Shown: one piece after another, positions 45,385-54,751 of the stretch
Layout: the number at the start of each line of letters is the position of its first letter
Position numbering within the stretch: the stretch's first letter is position 1
DNA from: a virus
Lineage: Duplodnaviria > Caudoviricetes
IMG/VR virus record: IMGVR_UViG_3300028586_000003
Span: 738 to 64,737 of that record
Direction: 5' to 3' (one strand)
DNA: 64,000 bases
The notes under the pieces: model-generated
Databases searched by the model: none
The model's input: the letters and a program-made list of their open reading frames with translations, nothing else
Told to the model about the DNA's origin: nothing
Made by a program: the position numbers and the translations under genes

Positions 45385-47207
45385 TAGACGCCTTCGCCCT
45401 CGTGCTCTGCGCAGAGGAACCAGATGTTTTCGGGTCCGAAGAGCGCTTCCCGCTCCGGTCCGGCCGGATAGTCGTCGGCATCGGCAAGCGGGACGATGTT
45501 GAGCGCCTTGCCGGTGCTCGGCTTGCCGCAGATGGCGCATCCGCTGTCGGCCGGCGCTTCCTGCTCGAGCACGTACTTCGCCAGCCGCTTGATCCGGCTC
45601 TCATCCGTAAAGCGCGCCGCCTGGATCACGCCCGGGTCATGGATCCCGCGCGCCTGATCGCTCTTAATGCCGTTGATCTCCATCAGCACCGGATCGCTTC
45701 CGTGGTCGACATAGGGGAAGTGGGCGTTGACCTGCAGCATCTGTCCAGGGCGGCGCACGCGGCCGATGACTTGGTGGTGGACCTGTGGCGACCAATCGAA
45801 CTCGCCGATCACGACCTCATTGCAATACTGCTGAAGGCCGTCGAGCCCGGCGCCGGAGCGAAGCGAGATCATCATGACCCTGCTCCTGCCGACCGTGAAA
45901 TTGTTGATCGACCGGATCTTCTTCGCCGAGTCCTCGCTCCCCGTGTAGAGCACCGGGTTGAAGTCGGCCAAAGCCTTCAGCCAAAGCGCGTAGACGTCAC
46001 GGTGCCAGCCCGCGAGCAGCACGCGCGGTGCATCCTGGAGCAGAAGGCGGACATAGGCGGCAACCGACCTAGCCTTCCCCACGCCAGTCATCTTGCGCAT
46101 GTGCATGTCTAGTTCGCGCGCCGCACTGCCGGCGGTGGCGAAACTTCCGCCCATCACTCGCATCGCGAGCTTGCGGGTCAACTCGGCATCATCCTCCGCG
46201 TCGTCGTCGTTCCAATCGAGCTCTATCGGGATGATGTTGGGCTTCGGCATAGATTGTTGGACGGTTGGATCGTCCTCGGTACGGCGGAGCATCCATCCGC
46301 TATCCTTCAGGAACTCGCCGAGCGCGTCAGGCTCCTTCACAATACGGCCAGCGGCGCACCACTCGCGCACGAACTCCTCGCGCTCGCCGAGTAGATCCGG
46401 GTTGAGGAATTCCATGATCGTATGGATTTCGTCGCCGTAGTTGTACGTCGCGGTGGCAGTCAGCCCCATCTTGAACTTGGCGCGCGCACTGATGATCGCG
46501 CAGCACTTGCCCTTCGCCGTCTCGGTCCCCGTGCGAAGCTCCTGGATCTCATCGTACCCGATGGATTTCAGAAATCCGTTTTTCAGGAAGTCGATCCAGC
46601 CCCCGACGTTGGAGTAGCGGAAGATGTAAATGTCGGCGGGCGGCAATGTGTACGGCGTCGTCGAATAGATGATGTGGCAGGTGTAATTCGTGAAGCTTTC
46701 GATCCGTTGCGCCCACTGTTGCGTGAGATGAGCCTGCACGACGACGCCGGCGGGAAACGGCGCTCCCATTGCCAGGGCGGTGAGATAAGAGTTGGTCTTG
46801 CCCAAACCGACCTCATCGGCGAGCAGGAGCCCGCCCTGGTCGACAGCGATCTTGGCGGCCTGCGACTGGTAGAGGTAGGGAGACTGCCCATCCTTGATGC
46901 CCTTCGCCGGCGCCGGCCGCCACTCGGGGGACAGGATCTCCCCGCGCAGCGCCATCCGATCCTTCAGCGCTTTGTCGCCCGCCTTCAGCATCGCGGCGTG
47001 CATGGTCTCCAGCGGGTAGCGCTGCATGAACCAGTGGAGATCCGCGCGGACATTATCGTTGTCCGACAGGAAGTGCTTCACGTCGTAGGAGGCGACCCGC
47101 GGGAACAGCCGCTTGAAAGCGAGCGCGACGTGCGGCGCCAAGTTGTCGACGACCCACCGGGCATTCTTACCGGGCTCGAGCATCACCCGGCCGTACGTCT
47201 TCAGCAT
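45384..47207 (-). CDS. SNF2-family helicase/ATPase
   Basis: ADEVGLGKT, YDEIQ, GLTAT, GAGLDGLQ, QVIGRVRRPGQ. Confidence 0.88.
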   Translation of the reverse strand: MLKTYGRVMLEPGKNARWVVDNLAPHVALAFKRLFPRVASYDVKHFLSDNDNVRADLHWFMQRYPLETMHAAMLKAGDKALKDRMALRGEILSPEWRPAPAKGIKDGQSPYLYQSQAAKIAVDQGGLLLADEVGLGKTNSYLTALAMGAPFPAGVVVQAHLTQQWAQRIESFTNYTCHIIYSTTPYTLPPADIYIFRYSNVGGWIDFLKNGFLKSIGYDEIQELRTGTETAKGKCCAIISARAKFKMGLTATATYNYGDEIHTIMEFLNPDLLGEREEFVREWCAAGRIVKEPDALGEFLKDSGWMLRRTEDDPTVQQSMPKPNIIPIELDWNDDDAEDDAELTRKLAMRVMGGSFATAGSAARELDMHMRKMTGVGKARSVAAYVRLLLQDAPRVLLAGWHRDVYALWLKALADFNPVLYTGSEDSAKKIRSINNFTVGRSRVMMISLRSGAGLDGLQQYCNEVVIGEFDWSPQVHHQVIGRVRRPGQMLQVNAHFPYVDHGSDPVLMEINGIKSDQARGIHDPGVIQAARFTDESRIKRLAKYVLEQEAPADSGCAICGKPSTGKALNIVPLADADDYPAGPEREALFGPENIWFLCAEHEGEGV

Positions 47208-47581
47208 CCAAGCATTCCCATTCCGACTGATATGATGAAGACGGGCTTGCCGTTGATCTCGCTCGGCATGCCCATCGCTGTTCCGGTTACCAGCACGATC
47301 GCGGACACCCGTTCGTGCTCCGAGTATCGCTCCAGTTGCTTGTAGATCTTCTTTTTCGGATACCGCGCCTTCGCCTCGAGGACGATGTCGCCAACCATGA
47401 AGTCCGGCCGGTCGCGCCGGCTAAGTGAATGCTCCCGACCATAATCGAGACCCGCGGTGTCGAGTGTCTCTTGTATCGATAGCTGAAGAGCCGCCTCGGT
47501 GCTGACACGCAACCGGGCGGCCTTCAGGACGCTCAACAGGTCAGAAAGGTGCTCATTCATTGGTCCATCCAAACATCTCAT
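47201..47581 (-). CDS. PD-(D/E)XK nuclease-like protein
   Basis: RPDFMVGDIVLEAK; adjacent to SNF2. Confidence 0.65.
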   Translation of the reverse strand: MRCLDGPMNEHLSDLLSVLKAARLRVSTEAALQLSIQETLDTAGLDYGREHSLSRRDRPDFMVGDIVLEAKARYPKKKIYKQLERYSEHERVSAIVLVTGTAMGMPSEINGKPVFIISVGMGMLGC

Positions 47582-47846
47582 GTATCCTTGTGACCTCGGC
47601 CGCTTCGAAAGCGTCCCGAGCTTCTATCGCCTTGGCGGATCTCACCAGCGTTTCCCAAAACCGCCAGAATTGAGCCGTGCGACGCTCGGTCCACCCATGT
47701 TTCTTCGCATCTCGGAAAAACCGGTGATAGGCGCGACGTCGAAGCGAACGCGGCGGGCAATGTCGGCGCCAGTGGGTTCCGCAAAGCCACGGCCCGCTGT
47801 ACCGAGACGTTTCCGCTTCGCAGCCGTCGATCGCGCATCGCGTCAT
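47553..47846 (-). CDS. Small Cys/His-motif protein
   Basis: CAIDGC...LCGTHW. Confidence 0.5.
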   Translation of the reverse strand: MTRCAIDGCEAETSRYSGPWLCGTHWRRHCPPRSLRRRAYHRFFRDAKKHGWTERRTAQFWRFWETLVRSAKAIEARDAFEAAEVTRIHEMFGWTNE

Positions 47847-48031
47847 AGCAGTGGTCGGATCGCCGCGTTTTGGTCGAACTCATCGCCGGGCTCGACGCCG
47901 CAATCGCGCAGGCACTCGCCACACGGCTTGCATCCCACGGAAACGGTATAGCAGGGTGGATCCCCGAACCCTGCGCACCGTTCCGTGCAGGCGTTGCGCA
48001 TCTTCTGGTCGAGGAAGGTTGGAAAGGTCAC
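47843..48031 (-). CDS. Cys-rich small protein
   Basis: GTG start overlapping upstream TGA; 7 Cys in 62 aa. Confidence 0.4.
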   Translation of the reverse strand: MTFPTFLDQKMRNACTERCAGFGDPPCYTVSVGCKPCGECLRDCGVEPGDEFDQNAAIRPLL

Positions 48032-48345
48032 AGCAGGCGTCCTCCGGGCGAAGGGGGTGGGGGCGAAGAGCGTGAACTGGTAGGAGCCGGGCCAGCCCTG
48101 GAGGCGGGCGGGGAGGGCGTCGCCGGCTCGGCACTCCGCGCACTGGCAGCGAGGGGGAGTGATGCGCTCCACGACGGCCACATCGCCGCCAACGCATCCA
48201 TCGCCTCCCGATCGAGATCCAGTCGCCTTTCGTTTCCGGACCGGTCGAGGCTCACCAGTTGAAATCCCTTTTCCGTCGACCAGCGGACTCGAGTCCTTCC
48301 GCTTGGCGTTTCGTGGATCTGCTCGGCGCTTGATATGATCCCCAT
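48028..48345 (-). CDS. Hypothetical protein
   Basis: Coupled ORF; Pro/Ser-rich tail. Confidence 0.45.
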   Translation of the reverse strand: MGIISSAEQIHETPSGRTRVRWSTEKGFQLVSLDRSGNERRLDLDREAMDALAAMWPSWSASLPLAASARSAEPATPSPPASRAGPAPTSSRSSPPPPSPGGRLL

Positions 48346-48831
48346 TCACCGCGCACCCGCGGCGTCGATCAACGCAACCAGGTGGGATAGGGAGGGATTA
48401 TCGTGCGCGGCGTCATCGGCCATCACGATGCCGAATTCGTTCTCGATGCAGCACAACATCTCGCTTTGGTCGGTTGCATCGCCGAGAAAACGCCGACCAT
48501 CGTTTTCCCCGGCGTCATCGAACACGCCTTCGTCGTCCCCACGCGTCGCGAGGTGCGCGTAGCCGAAGTGCTCGACCAGAGCCTCCCGCAACCGCTGCAT
48601 TGTCGTCTTCATCGCCTCTTCCTTGTTGCACATCCGGCAGAAGCCCCGCCCCGCGCAGGCGAGCCATCGCCCATTCGCCTGCAGGAACTCGTGCTGGAGA
48701 TTGTGAAAATGCGGGTTCGCCGTGATCCGGACACCCTCCGGCATATCGAACAGCACCGTGATCCGGGGCCAGCGGAAGAACGCCTTGCCGCCGACCCGTC
48801 GCGTAGCTGGTTTCGTGGGCCCGTAGGTCAC
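48346..48831 (-). CDS. Acyl carrier protein-like domain (48346-48612) lacking the DSL serine, in frame with a 73-aa N-terminal extension
   Basis: TTMQRLREALVEHFG...LGDATDQSEMLCCIENEFGIVMADD aligns by eye with ACP helices I-III. Confidence 0.6.
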   Translation of the reverse strand: MTYGPTKPATRRVGGKAFFRWPRITVLFDMPEGVRITANPHFHNLQHEFLQANGRWLACAGRGFCRMCNKEEAMKTTMQRLREALVEHFGYAHLATRGDDEGVFDDAGENDGRRFLGDATDQSEMLCCIENEFGIVMADDAAHDNPSLSHLVALIDAAGAR

Positions 48832-50579
48832 GCCGCCATCTTCATTTCGATGCCCGGCTGATTAGCCGCGACCAGGGCGCACGCGACGTCCGGACACACG
48901 CTGTTGCCGATCATGCGGATCTGCGCCGCCTTCGTCAGCGGCTTGCTCACCCACTTACCGCGGATCAACTGGGGGACGATCGGATCGAGGATGTAATCCT
49001 CCGGGAAGCCCTGCGCCCGCGCAAGCTCGCGCGGGGTGAGCATTCGCATGCCGATGTCGACGATGACGTAGGTCGTCGCGTCGATCGTCACGGTCACGAC
49101 CGCATAGCGCGCCTTGGTCGTCAGAGCGTCAAACGGGGCATCTGCAGGCCGCGCTACGCCGCTCTTGTAGTATTTGACCAGGAACGCCGCGACGCGGACC
49201 GCCTTCGCCATCATCTCCGGTGGCAGCGAGCCCTCTTCGATCAACGTGGTCTCGACAATCCGCTGTGTGCAGCCCTTGCCCACGATCGTCGACAGCGGCT
49301 TGCGGGCGTCGCGACCGACCATGCCCGTGTTGGCCTGCTCGATATGCGCTGCGACTACCGCGTGATGCTGACCGTTCGCCATCACCGCGCCAAGCGGCTC
49401 CTGCAGCGTTCCCCGGCCGCCGTTCGTGTTCGACGTATGGAAGCGAGAGAGGAAGGCCGACACCTGCGCGTGCTTGTTGCCCTGCGCAACGACGGTGCCG
49501 AGCGGCTTGGTGATGTCCAGGGCGCGAGGAGCCTGCCCTTTCCGCTCGCCGTACCCGATCTGCACCATGCTGGCGGCCGCGAGCCCAAGTGGCATTGCAC
49601 CCGCCGGCCGAGCCGGGTTCCCGTTGCCGGTGACCGTCGGCATCGGCTCATCTGCACCGGATCCAATCGATCCGCTGTGGAACTTGGTGATGTGCGGCGC
49701 GAGCGCGACATCCACGGCGGCGAACTCTCCCCCGTTGGCGGTCGTGATGGTGCGCAGGGGATCGGCGGTGTCATAGCTCCGAACGTCGCCGCTATGGGTG
49801 ACCGGGATGAGGAACGGTCGGGCGGCGTTGACGACGTAGCGCATGACACCGTGCGCGATGCGGCGCTCGGTATTCTCCTTCAGGTCGCGCGGGCGATCGA
49901 AGATGGAATTGGTCGGTATCGTCCAGTCGATGCACTCGGCGGCCGTACGGTAGGGCAGGAGTCGACCAGCGAGCACCTCATTGTCATTCGCCGGGCCGTG
50001 CGTGCGCTTCGGCCAGACAATCGGGAGCTTGTCGTTCCGCATGACGATGTAGAGGCGCTTGCGCGACGTCGGGGCGCCGTAATCGCAGGCGCGAAGCTCA
50101 CGCCAGTCGACGCGGTAGCCAAGCGCTCGAATCGCACGGATCCACTTCTGGAATTCCTTGCCGCGCAGTTCCTTGATGACGTGGCCCTGCTCATTCAGCG
50201 GGCCCCACATCTGCATCTCCTCGACGTTCTCGATATAGCCGCACGTCGGGCGCGTATCCTTCAGCCACGGCAGGATCTCCCACGGTAGTTGCCGGATGTT
50301 CCGATCCTTTACCGGCCCGCCCTTCGCCTTGCTGTGCTCTTTGCAGTCGGGCGAGAACCACACCCCTTCCACCCGGCGCAACCGCGTCGCGGACGTCGGC
50401 CAGACGATCCGGATGTCTTGGCAGTGGTGCTCGGTATGCGGGTGGTTGGCCTTGTGGATCGCGATCGCGAACGGGTCGTGGTTGATCGCGATATCGACGT
50501 CGCGACCGATGGCGCGCTTGACGCCCGTGCTCGCGCCGCCACCGCCCGCGAATCCGTCGACGAATAGTCCCTGAAACAT
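48828..50579 (-). CDS. C5 DNA cytosine methyltransferase
   Basis: FAGGGG, WFSPDC, IENV, RKRLY, RMLTPRELARAQGFP, IGNSVCP. Confidence 0.92.
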   Translation of the reverse strand: MFQGLFVDGFAGGGGASTGVKRAIGRDVDIAINHDPFAIAIHKANHPHTEHHCQDIRIVWPTSATRLRRVEGVWFSPDCKEHSKAKGGPVKDRNIRQLPWEILPWLKDTRPTCGYIENVEEMQMWGPLNEQGHVIKELRGKEFQKWIRAIRALGYRVDWRELRACDYGAPTSRKRLYIVMRNDKLPIVWPKRTHGPANDNEVLAGRLLPYRTAAECIDWTIPTNSIFDRPRDLKENTERRIAHGVMRYVVNAARPFLIPVTHSGDVRSYDTADPLRTITTANGGEFAAVDVALAPHITKFHSGSIGSGADEPMPTVTGNGNPARPAGAMPLGLAAASMVQIGYGERKGQAPRALDITKPLGTVVAQGNKHAQVSAFLSRFHTSNTNGGRGTLQEPLGAVMANGQHHAVVAAHIEQANTGMVGRDARKPLSTIVGKGCTQRIVETTLIEEGSLPPEMMAKAVRVAAFLVKYYKSGVARPADAPFDALTTKARYAVVTVTIDATTYVIVDIGMRMLTPRELARAQGFPEDYILDPIVPQLIRGKWVSKPLTKAAQIRMIGNSVCPDVACALVAANQPGIEMKMAA

Positions 50580-51157
50580 CAGTTCGCCTCCGCGTCGAGG
50601 AGGTCGAACACGGCCTCGCCAAGCGGGGTGAGCATCTGCCCGCGGCTCCGTTCCGTTCCGAGCCCGAGCGTCTGCATTGCCTCGCCAACGATCTCGCGGT
50701 GAGCAGCGGTCAGCCACATCTTGCCGTCATTGCTCGGCACCGCGACGTGAAGCGCCTGGCGGATCTCGTCATTGAGAGAGGGGATCATCTCCGCCGCGCG
50801 CTCATCACGCTCACCGACGTCTTCGCCCTCGAGCCACTGGATGCGGTCGAGCACCCACTGCACGTTGACCGGACAGTCGATCACCAGACCGGCTTCAGCA
50901 TCGCGGCCGGTGATGATCGAGATGCCCGCGGTGTCGTCGGTCCCCGGCAGGCGCCAGCCCTTCATAGCTTCGTCGACCTCGAGGCCGCCGATCACCATCA
51001 TCGGCTTGTCGTCGATCTTCATGATTTCGCGCGAGCCGATGTTGTTGGTGCGGATCATCCGACGGATATGCGGGGTGGCGTCGCGCACGCCCTTCAGCAT
51101 CAAGGCGGCAACGGTGCGGCGATAGGGATCTACGCGAAGGATGCGAACGGATTTCAC
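50579..51157 (-). CDS. Hypothetical protein
   Basis: 192 aa, coupled. Confidence 0.55.
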   Translation of the reverse strand: MKSVRILRVDPYRRTVAALMLKGVRDATPHIRRMIRTNNIGSREIMKIDDKPMMVIGGLEVDEAMKGWRLPGTDDTAGISIITGRDAEAGLVIDCPVNVQWVLDRIQWLEGEDVGERDERAAEMIPSLNDEIRQALHVAVPSNDGKMWLTAAHREIVGEAMQTLGLGTERSRGQMLTPLGEAVFDLLDAEAN

Positions 51158-51219
51158 GGAATTCTCCTGGCTAAGTTGAAGTTCGGGGCGGCAGGATCTC
51201 CCGCCGCCCTCTGGTCAAC

Positions 51220-51711
51220 TTAGACGTCGTCGCGCGACCGCGGCGGTATGGTCGCGCCGGGCTTGCGGCCGAGCCCGATCTTCTTCGCCATCGCGCGGCG
51301 GCTCTCGCTGTAGTTGGGAGCGACCATCGGATAGTCCGGCTTCAGGCCGAATTCCTCACGGTACGATTCGGGCGTCATGCCGTGCGTCGTCAGATGCCGG
51401 CGGAGCGTCTTGTACGACTTGCCGTCGATGAGCGAGATGATGAAGTCGGGCGATGCCGTCGACTTGCGCACCGATACGGCCGGCTCGCGCGGACCGCTGG
51501 TAGGAGGTGACGACGGGATCGGCGCAGTCGCCAGTTCCGGTTGCGGCATCACGGACGCATTGAGCACCGAACGATGCACGCCCTCGATCAAGGTGCGGGC
51601 TTCCTCCGGCTTCAAGTCGCGGCCCTGCGCGGCGATGATCGCGACGGTGATGCTCGCCGACATCGCCATCAGCGGCGCGGAAGTGGTGAAGTGGGTACGG
51701 GTATCGGTCAT
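51220..51711 (-). CDS. mucR: MucR/Ros family transcriptional regulator
   Basis: IISLIDGKSYKTLRRHLTTHGMTPESYREEFGLKPDYPMVAPNYS. Confidence 0.92.
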   Translation of the reverse strand: MTDTRTHFTTSAPLMAMSASITVAIIAAQGRDLKPEEARTLIEGVHRSVLNASVMPQPELATAPIPSSPPTSGPREPAVSVRKSTASPDFIISLIDGKSYKTLRRHLTTHGMTPESYREEFGLKPDYPMVAPNYSESRRAMAKKIGLGRKPGATIPPRSRDDV

Positions 51712-51808
51712 TGCAGGTCTCCGTTGTTGGCAGATGCGCCATCCTCGGGGTGGACTATGTTCACGCGGCCACTGGCAGCTAGTCCACCCTCCGGTAGTGC
51801 TTCAGCGA

Positions 51809-52612
51809 TTAGAAGCGGCGGGGACGCCCGAACACGCCTTCGAAGGTGTCAGTCGGAATTGCGGTCGTGTAGCGCCAACTGGCCTCCTCATTCCGGCTTC
51901 CCGACTTGGGCGGGATTGCGTCGGGGATCTGCCCCAATGCAGGTCCGACCGGCGGCCGTGGCGCAGGGCGCGGGATCGACGTCGGGGCGTTGGCGACTTC
52001 CTCTTCGTCCATGACACGGTCGAGATAGCCGAGCGAGCGGTCGAGCCGCCGCTGCAGCGTGTTGCGCTGGTCGGTCATGAACGTGAGTTCGGAATTCAGC
52101 CCTTCGTTGAGCTTCAGGATCCGGTTGTTCTCGCGCTCCTGGTCGACCGTGATCTTCTGCAGCTTGTCGAGCGAAGGCTGCAGGCTATCCGCGATAACCT
52201 CGCGTAGATGATCGTTCTCGCTCCGGCGCGTGTCCAGGTGCGCGGTAAGATCCGACACGCGGATCTCGGAGTCGGAGAGCGCCGTCTGCAGGGCCGTATT
52301 CGCGGCGACCAGCGCGTTGAACGTCTGCAGGTTGTATTCGAGCGGGATGTCGCTGATCCCGCGCTCCGCGTCCGGCATATCCCCCGGGATCGCGTCCATG
52401 CCCGGCATCTGCGCCGCGTGCTCATCGGCGATGTCGGTCATATTCGCGGGCGCGGCGATCTGGGGCTGTTCGCCCTGGATCTGATGCCAATTCCCGTTCG
52501 TCCACTGATGCGTAACCTTGGCGAGGTCGTTGTCGTCGCCCTTGAAAGTGTCGCCTTCGAAGGCTCCGGCGTCGATTGGTTGTCTGAACATTATGCAGTC
52601 TCCAGGCGGCAT
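51809..52612 (-). CDS. Coiled-coil hypothetical protein
   Basis: Heptad pattern. Confidence 0.5.
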   Translation of the reverse strand: MPPGDCIMFRQPIDAGAFEGDTFKGDDNDLAKVTHQWTNGNWHQIQGEQPQIAAPANMTDIADEHAAQMPGMDAIPGDMPDAERGISDIPLEYNLQTFNALVAANTALQTALSDSEIRVSDLTAHLDTRRSENDHLREVIADSLQPSLDKLQKITVDQERENNRILKLNEGLNSELTFMTDQRNTLQRRLDRSLGYLDRVMDEEEVANAPTSIPRPAPRPPVGPALGQIPDAIPPKSGSRNEEASWRYTTAIPTDTFEGVFGRPRRF

Positions 52613-52653
52613 TGATTTCGGATCGAGCGGCCGCCGGCGCTCGCCCCACGCCG

Positions 52654-54345
52654 TTACCGGCGAAGCTGGTACAGGGCCTCCGCGAGGTCGCGCTGCGCGA
52701 TGCCTCTGTCGTGGCCGTTTGTGGTGAAACTGAAGCGGAGCGGGCTGGCCTGCGCATGGATGGCGTAGTCGGACAGTTCCTCCGGCACTTCGAAGACGGA
52801 TCCTTCGATTGCCCGATCGATCATCATCTCGCGTAGCGCCTCCGCGAAGGCGTTGGTGAAGCGAACCGCCGACAGCGTCTCCAGTTCGGCGCGCACGACC
52901 TCCGGGTGACGAATGAGCCCATCGACGATTGCGCGCTCGACGTTCTGACCGATCCCGCTCTGTCGGATGCCCTTCGACGTCGACGACTGCACGGGCGGCC
53001 GCTTGAACGGCTCGCGCTTCACCGGGGCCGCGTTCCGGATGGGCGCACGTCGCGGACCGGTGTCAGCAGCGATGTGCGCCGTGTAGCGGCGGCGGAAGTC
53101 GTCGAGGTACGCGCGTGCGACGGCGCCATCCTTGATCCGTCCGGCCTGCTCACGAAGGCGCTTCGCCAGTCCGGCGCGCTGCTCGGGGGTGTCGGTCGGT
53201 CCGGCCGAGATCTCGTGCTCCCAAACGACCTGCACCAAGGGCTTCGGTGCGGCGAGCATGGCGTCGACCGCTTCCTTGCCGCCCTTCTTCGCGACGTCGT
53301 CGGGATCCATGCCGTCGGGCGGGGTGACGAACGAAAGCGAGCGGTCGGGCCCCAGGAGTGGAAGGGCGCGCAGTGCCGCGCGAGCCGCCGCCGCCTTGCC
53401 CGCCTTGTCACCGTCGAAGCACAGGATCGGCGTGTCGGACAGCCGCCAGAGCCGCGCGATCTGATCTTCGGTTAGAGCCGTCCCGTTCGGGGCCACGACC
53501 TCATCCACGCCAACGCGCGCGAGCCCGATCACGTCCATGTAGCCTTCGACGACCAAGAGCCGCTTTGCCGCGCGCGCTGCAGGGGCGGCTCGATCGATGT
53601 TGAACAGCGACCGGCCCTTATCGAAGATGGGCGTGTCCGGGCTGTTGAGATACTTCGGCTGACCATCGCCCACCACGCGCCCGCCGAACGCGATCACGCG
53701 GCCGCGGTTGTCGCGGATGGGGAACATGACCCGCGCGCGGAAGAAGTCGAAAACCTCGCCCTTACGCTCGCCTTCGTCGTGGATCTTCGCCAGTCCGACC
53801 TTGACCAGCGTTTCCGGTGCCACGTCCTTCAGGAAGCGGTGCAGCGGCTCGGCGTTCCGGCCGCCGGGTGCCCATCCAATGTTGAAGCCGGCGGCGAGCG
53901 CATCGATCCCGCGCTCGGCGAGGAACCGCGGGCCGCCGCTCGGCGATGCCACGACAGGATCTGTCATGTTGCGCGCGAACCAATCCGCGGCGCGGCGCAT
54001 GACGTCGTAGAGCGCGGCGTGCTCGCGATCGCGCTCCGCCTGGCGCGGATCCTGCGCGGGCATGTCCATCCCGGCGGCGGCCGCCAGTTCCTTGACCGCA
54101 TCCATGAACGGCATTCCGCGCTGATCGGTCATCCACCGGATCGCGTCGCCGTGCGCGCTGCACCCGAAGCAATGGTAGAACGCCTTGTCGTCGTTGACGT
54201 AGAAGCTCGGGGACTTCTCGGTGTGAAACGGGCAGCATCCCTTCTGCTCATTCCCGGCCTTGGTGAGCTTAACCGTGCGACCGATGAGCCCGGACAGCGA
54301 CGTGCGGGCGCGGAGTTCGTCGAGGAAGGCGTTGGACAGGCTCAC
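52654..54345 (-). CDS. dnaG: DNA primase
   Basis: CHC2 finger CPFHTEKSPSF...CFGC, KYLNSPDT, TOPRIM EGYMDV and FDGDKAG. Confidence 0.95.
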   Translation of the reverse strand: MSLSNAFLDELRARTSLSGLIGRTVKLTKAGNEQKGCCPFHTEKSPSFYVNDDKAFYHCFGCSAHGDAIRWMTDQRGMPFMDAVKELAAAAGMDMPAQDPRQAERDREHAALYDVMRRAADWFARNMTDPVVASPSGGPRFLAERGIDALAAGFNIGWAPGGRNAEPLHRFLKDVAPETLVKVGLAKIHDEGERKGEVFDFFRARVMFPIRDNRGRVIAFGGRVVGDGQPKYLNSPDTPIFDKGRSLFNIDRAAPAARAAKRLLVVEGYMDVIGLARVGVDEVVAPNGTALTEDQIARLWRLSDTPILCFDGDKAGKAAAARAALRALPLLGPDRSLSFVTPPDGMDPDDVAKKGGKEAVDAMLAAPKPLVQVVWEHEISAGPTDTPEQRAGLAKRLREQAGRIKDGAVARAYLDDFRRRYTAHIAADTGPRRAPIRNAAPVKREPFKRPPVQSSTSKGIRQSGIGQNVERAIVDGLIRHPEVVRAELETLSAVRFTNAFAEALREMMIDRAIEGSVFEVPEELSDYAIHAQASPLRFSFTTNGHDRGIAQRDLAEALYQLRR

Positions 54346-54509
54346 CGGTTCACCGCCTGCACGATGAGATGCGCGTTGTCGGCCTTGCGACCGCCGCCCG
54401 CCTTCATCAGAGCCACGACGCCGCCACGGGCGTCGATGATCTGGATGGTCGTGCCGCTTTTCGCGGAGATGCTGTGGATGCTCCAGGGGCGGGGACTTGT
54501 GTCGCTCAT
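54342..54509 (-). CDS. Small hypothetical protein
   Basis: SPRPW...ADNAHLIVQAVN. Confidence 0.5.
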   Translation of the reverse strand: MSDTSPRPWSIHSISAKSGTTIQIIDARGGVVALMKAGGGRKADNAHLIVQAVNR

Positions 54510-54751
54510 ACGTCGCTCCGAATAATGCAGATGGCGCCTTCGCAGGGCAGTATGCCGGGCCACCGGGTCGCGTCGCGCAGGATCCGCCATCCGGCGGCGT
54601 TGAGCGCGTCGACACGGCCTTGCCGCCTCGGACCGGTGACCCGGACCAGCCCGGGAATGAAACAGGTGCCCGAGCAGCACACCTCGCCGTCGACGTCGTA
54701 GACGCACCCGTCGGCGGTGAGGCTTCCAGGAAGGAGGCGGCGCAGTTTCAC
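54506..54751 (-). CDS. Cys-rich hypothetical protein
   Basis: GTG start coupled to upstream stop. Confidence 0.4.
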   Translation of the reverse strand: MKLRRLLPGSLTADGCVYDVDGEVCCSGTCFIPGLVRVTGPRRQGRVDALNAAGWRILRDATRWPGILPCEGAICIIRSDV

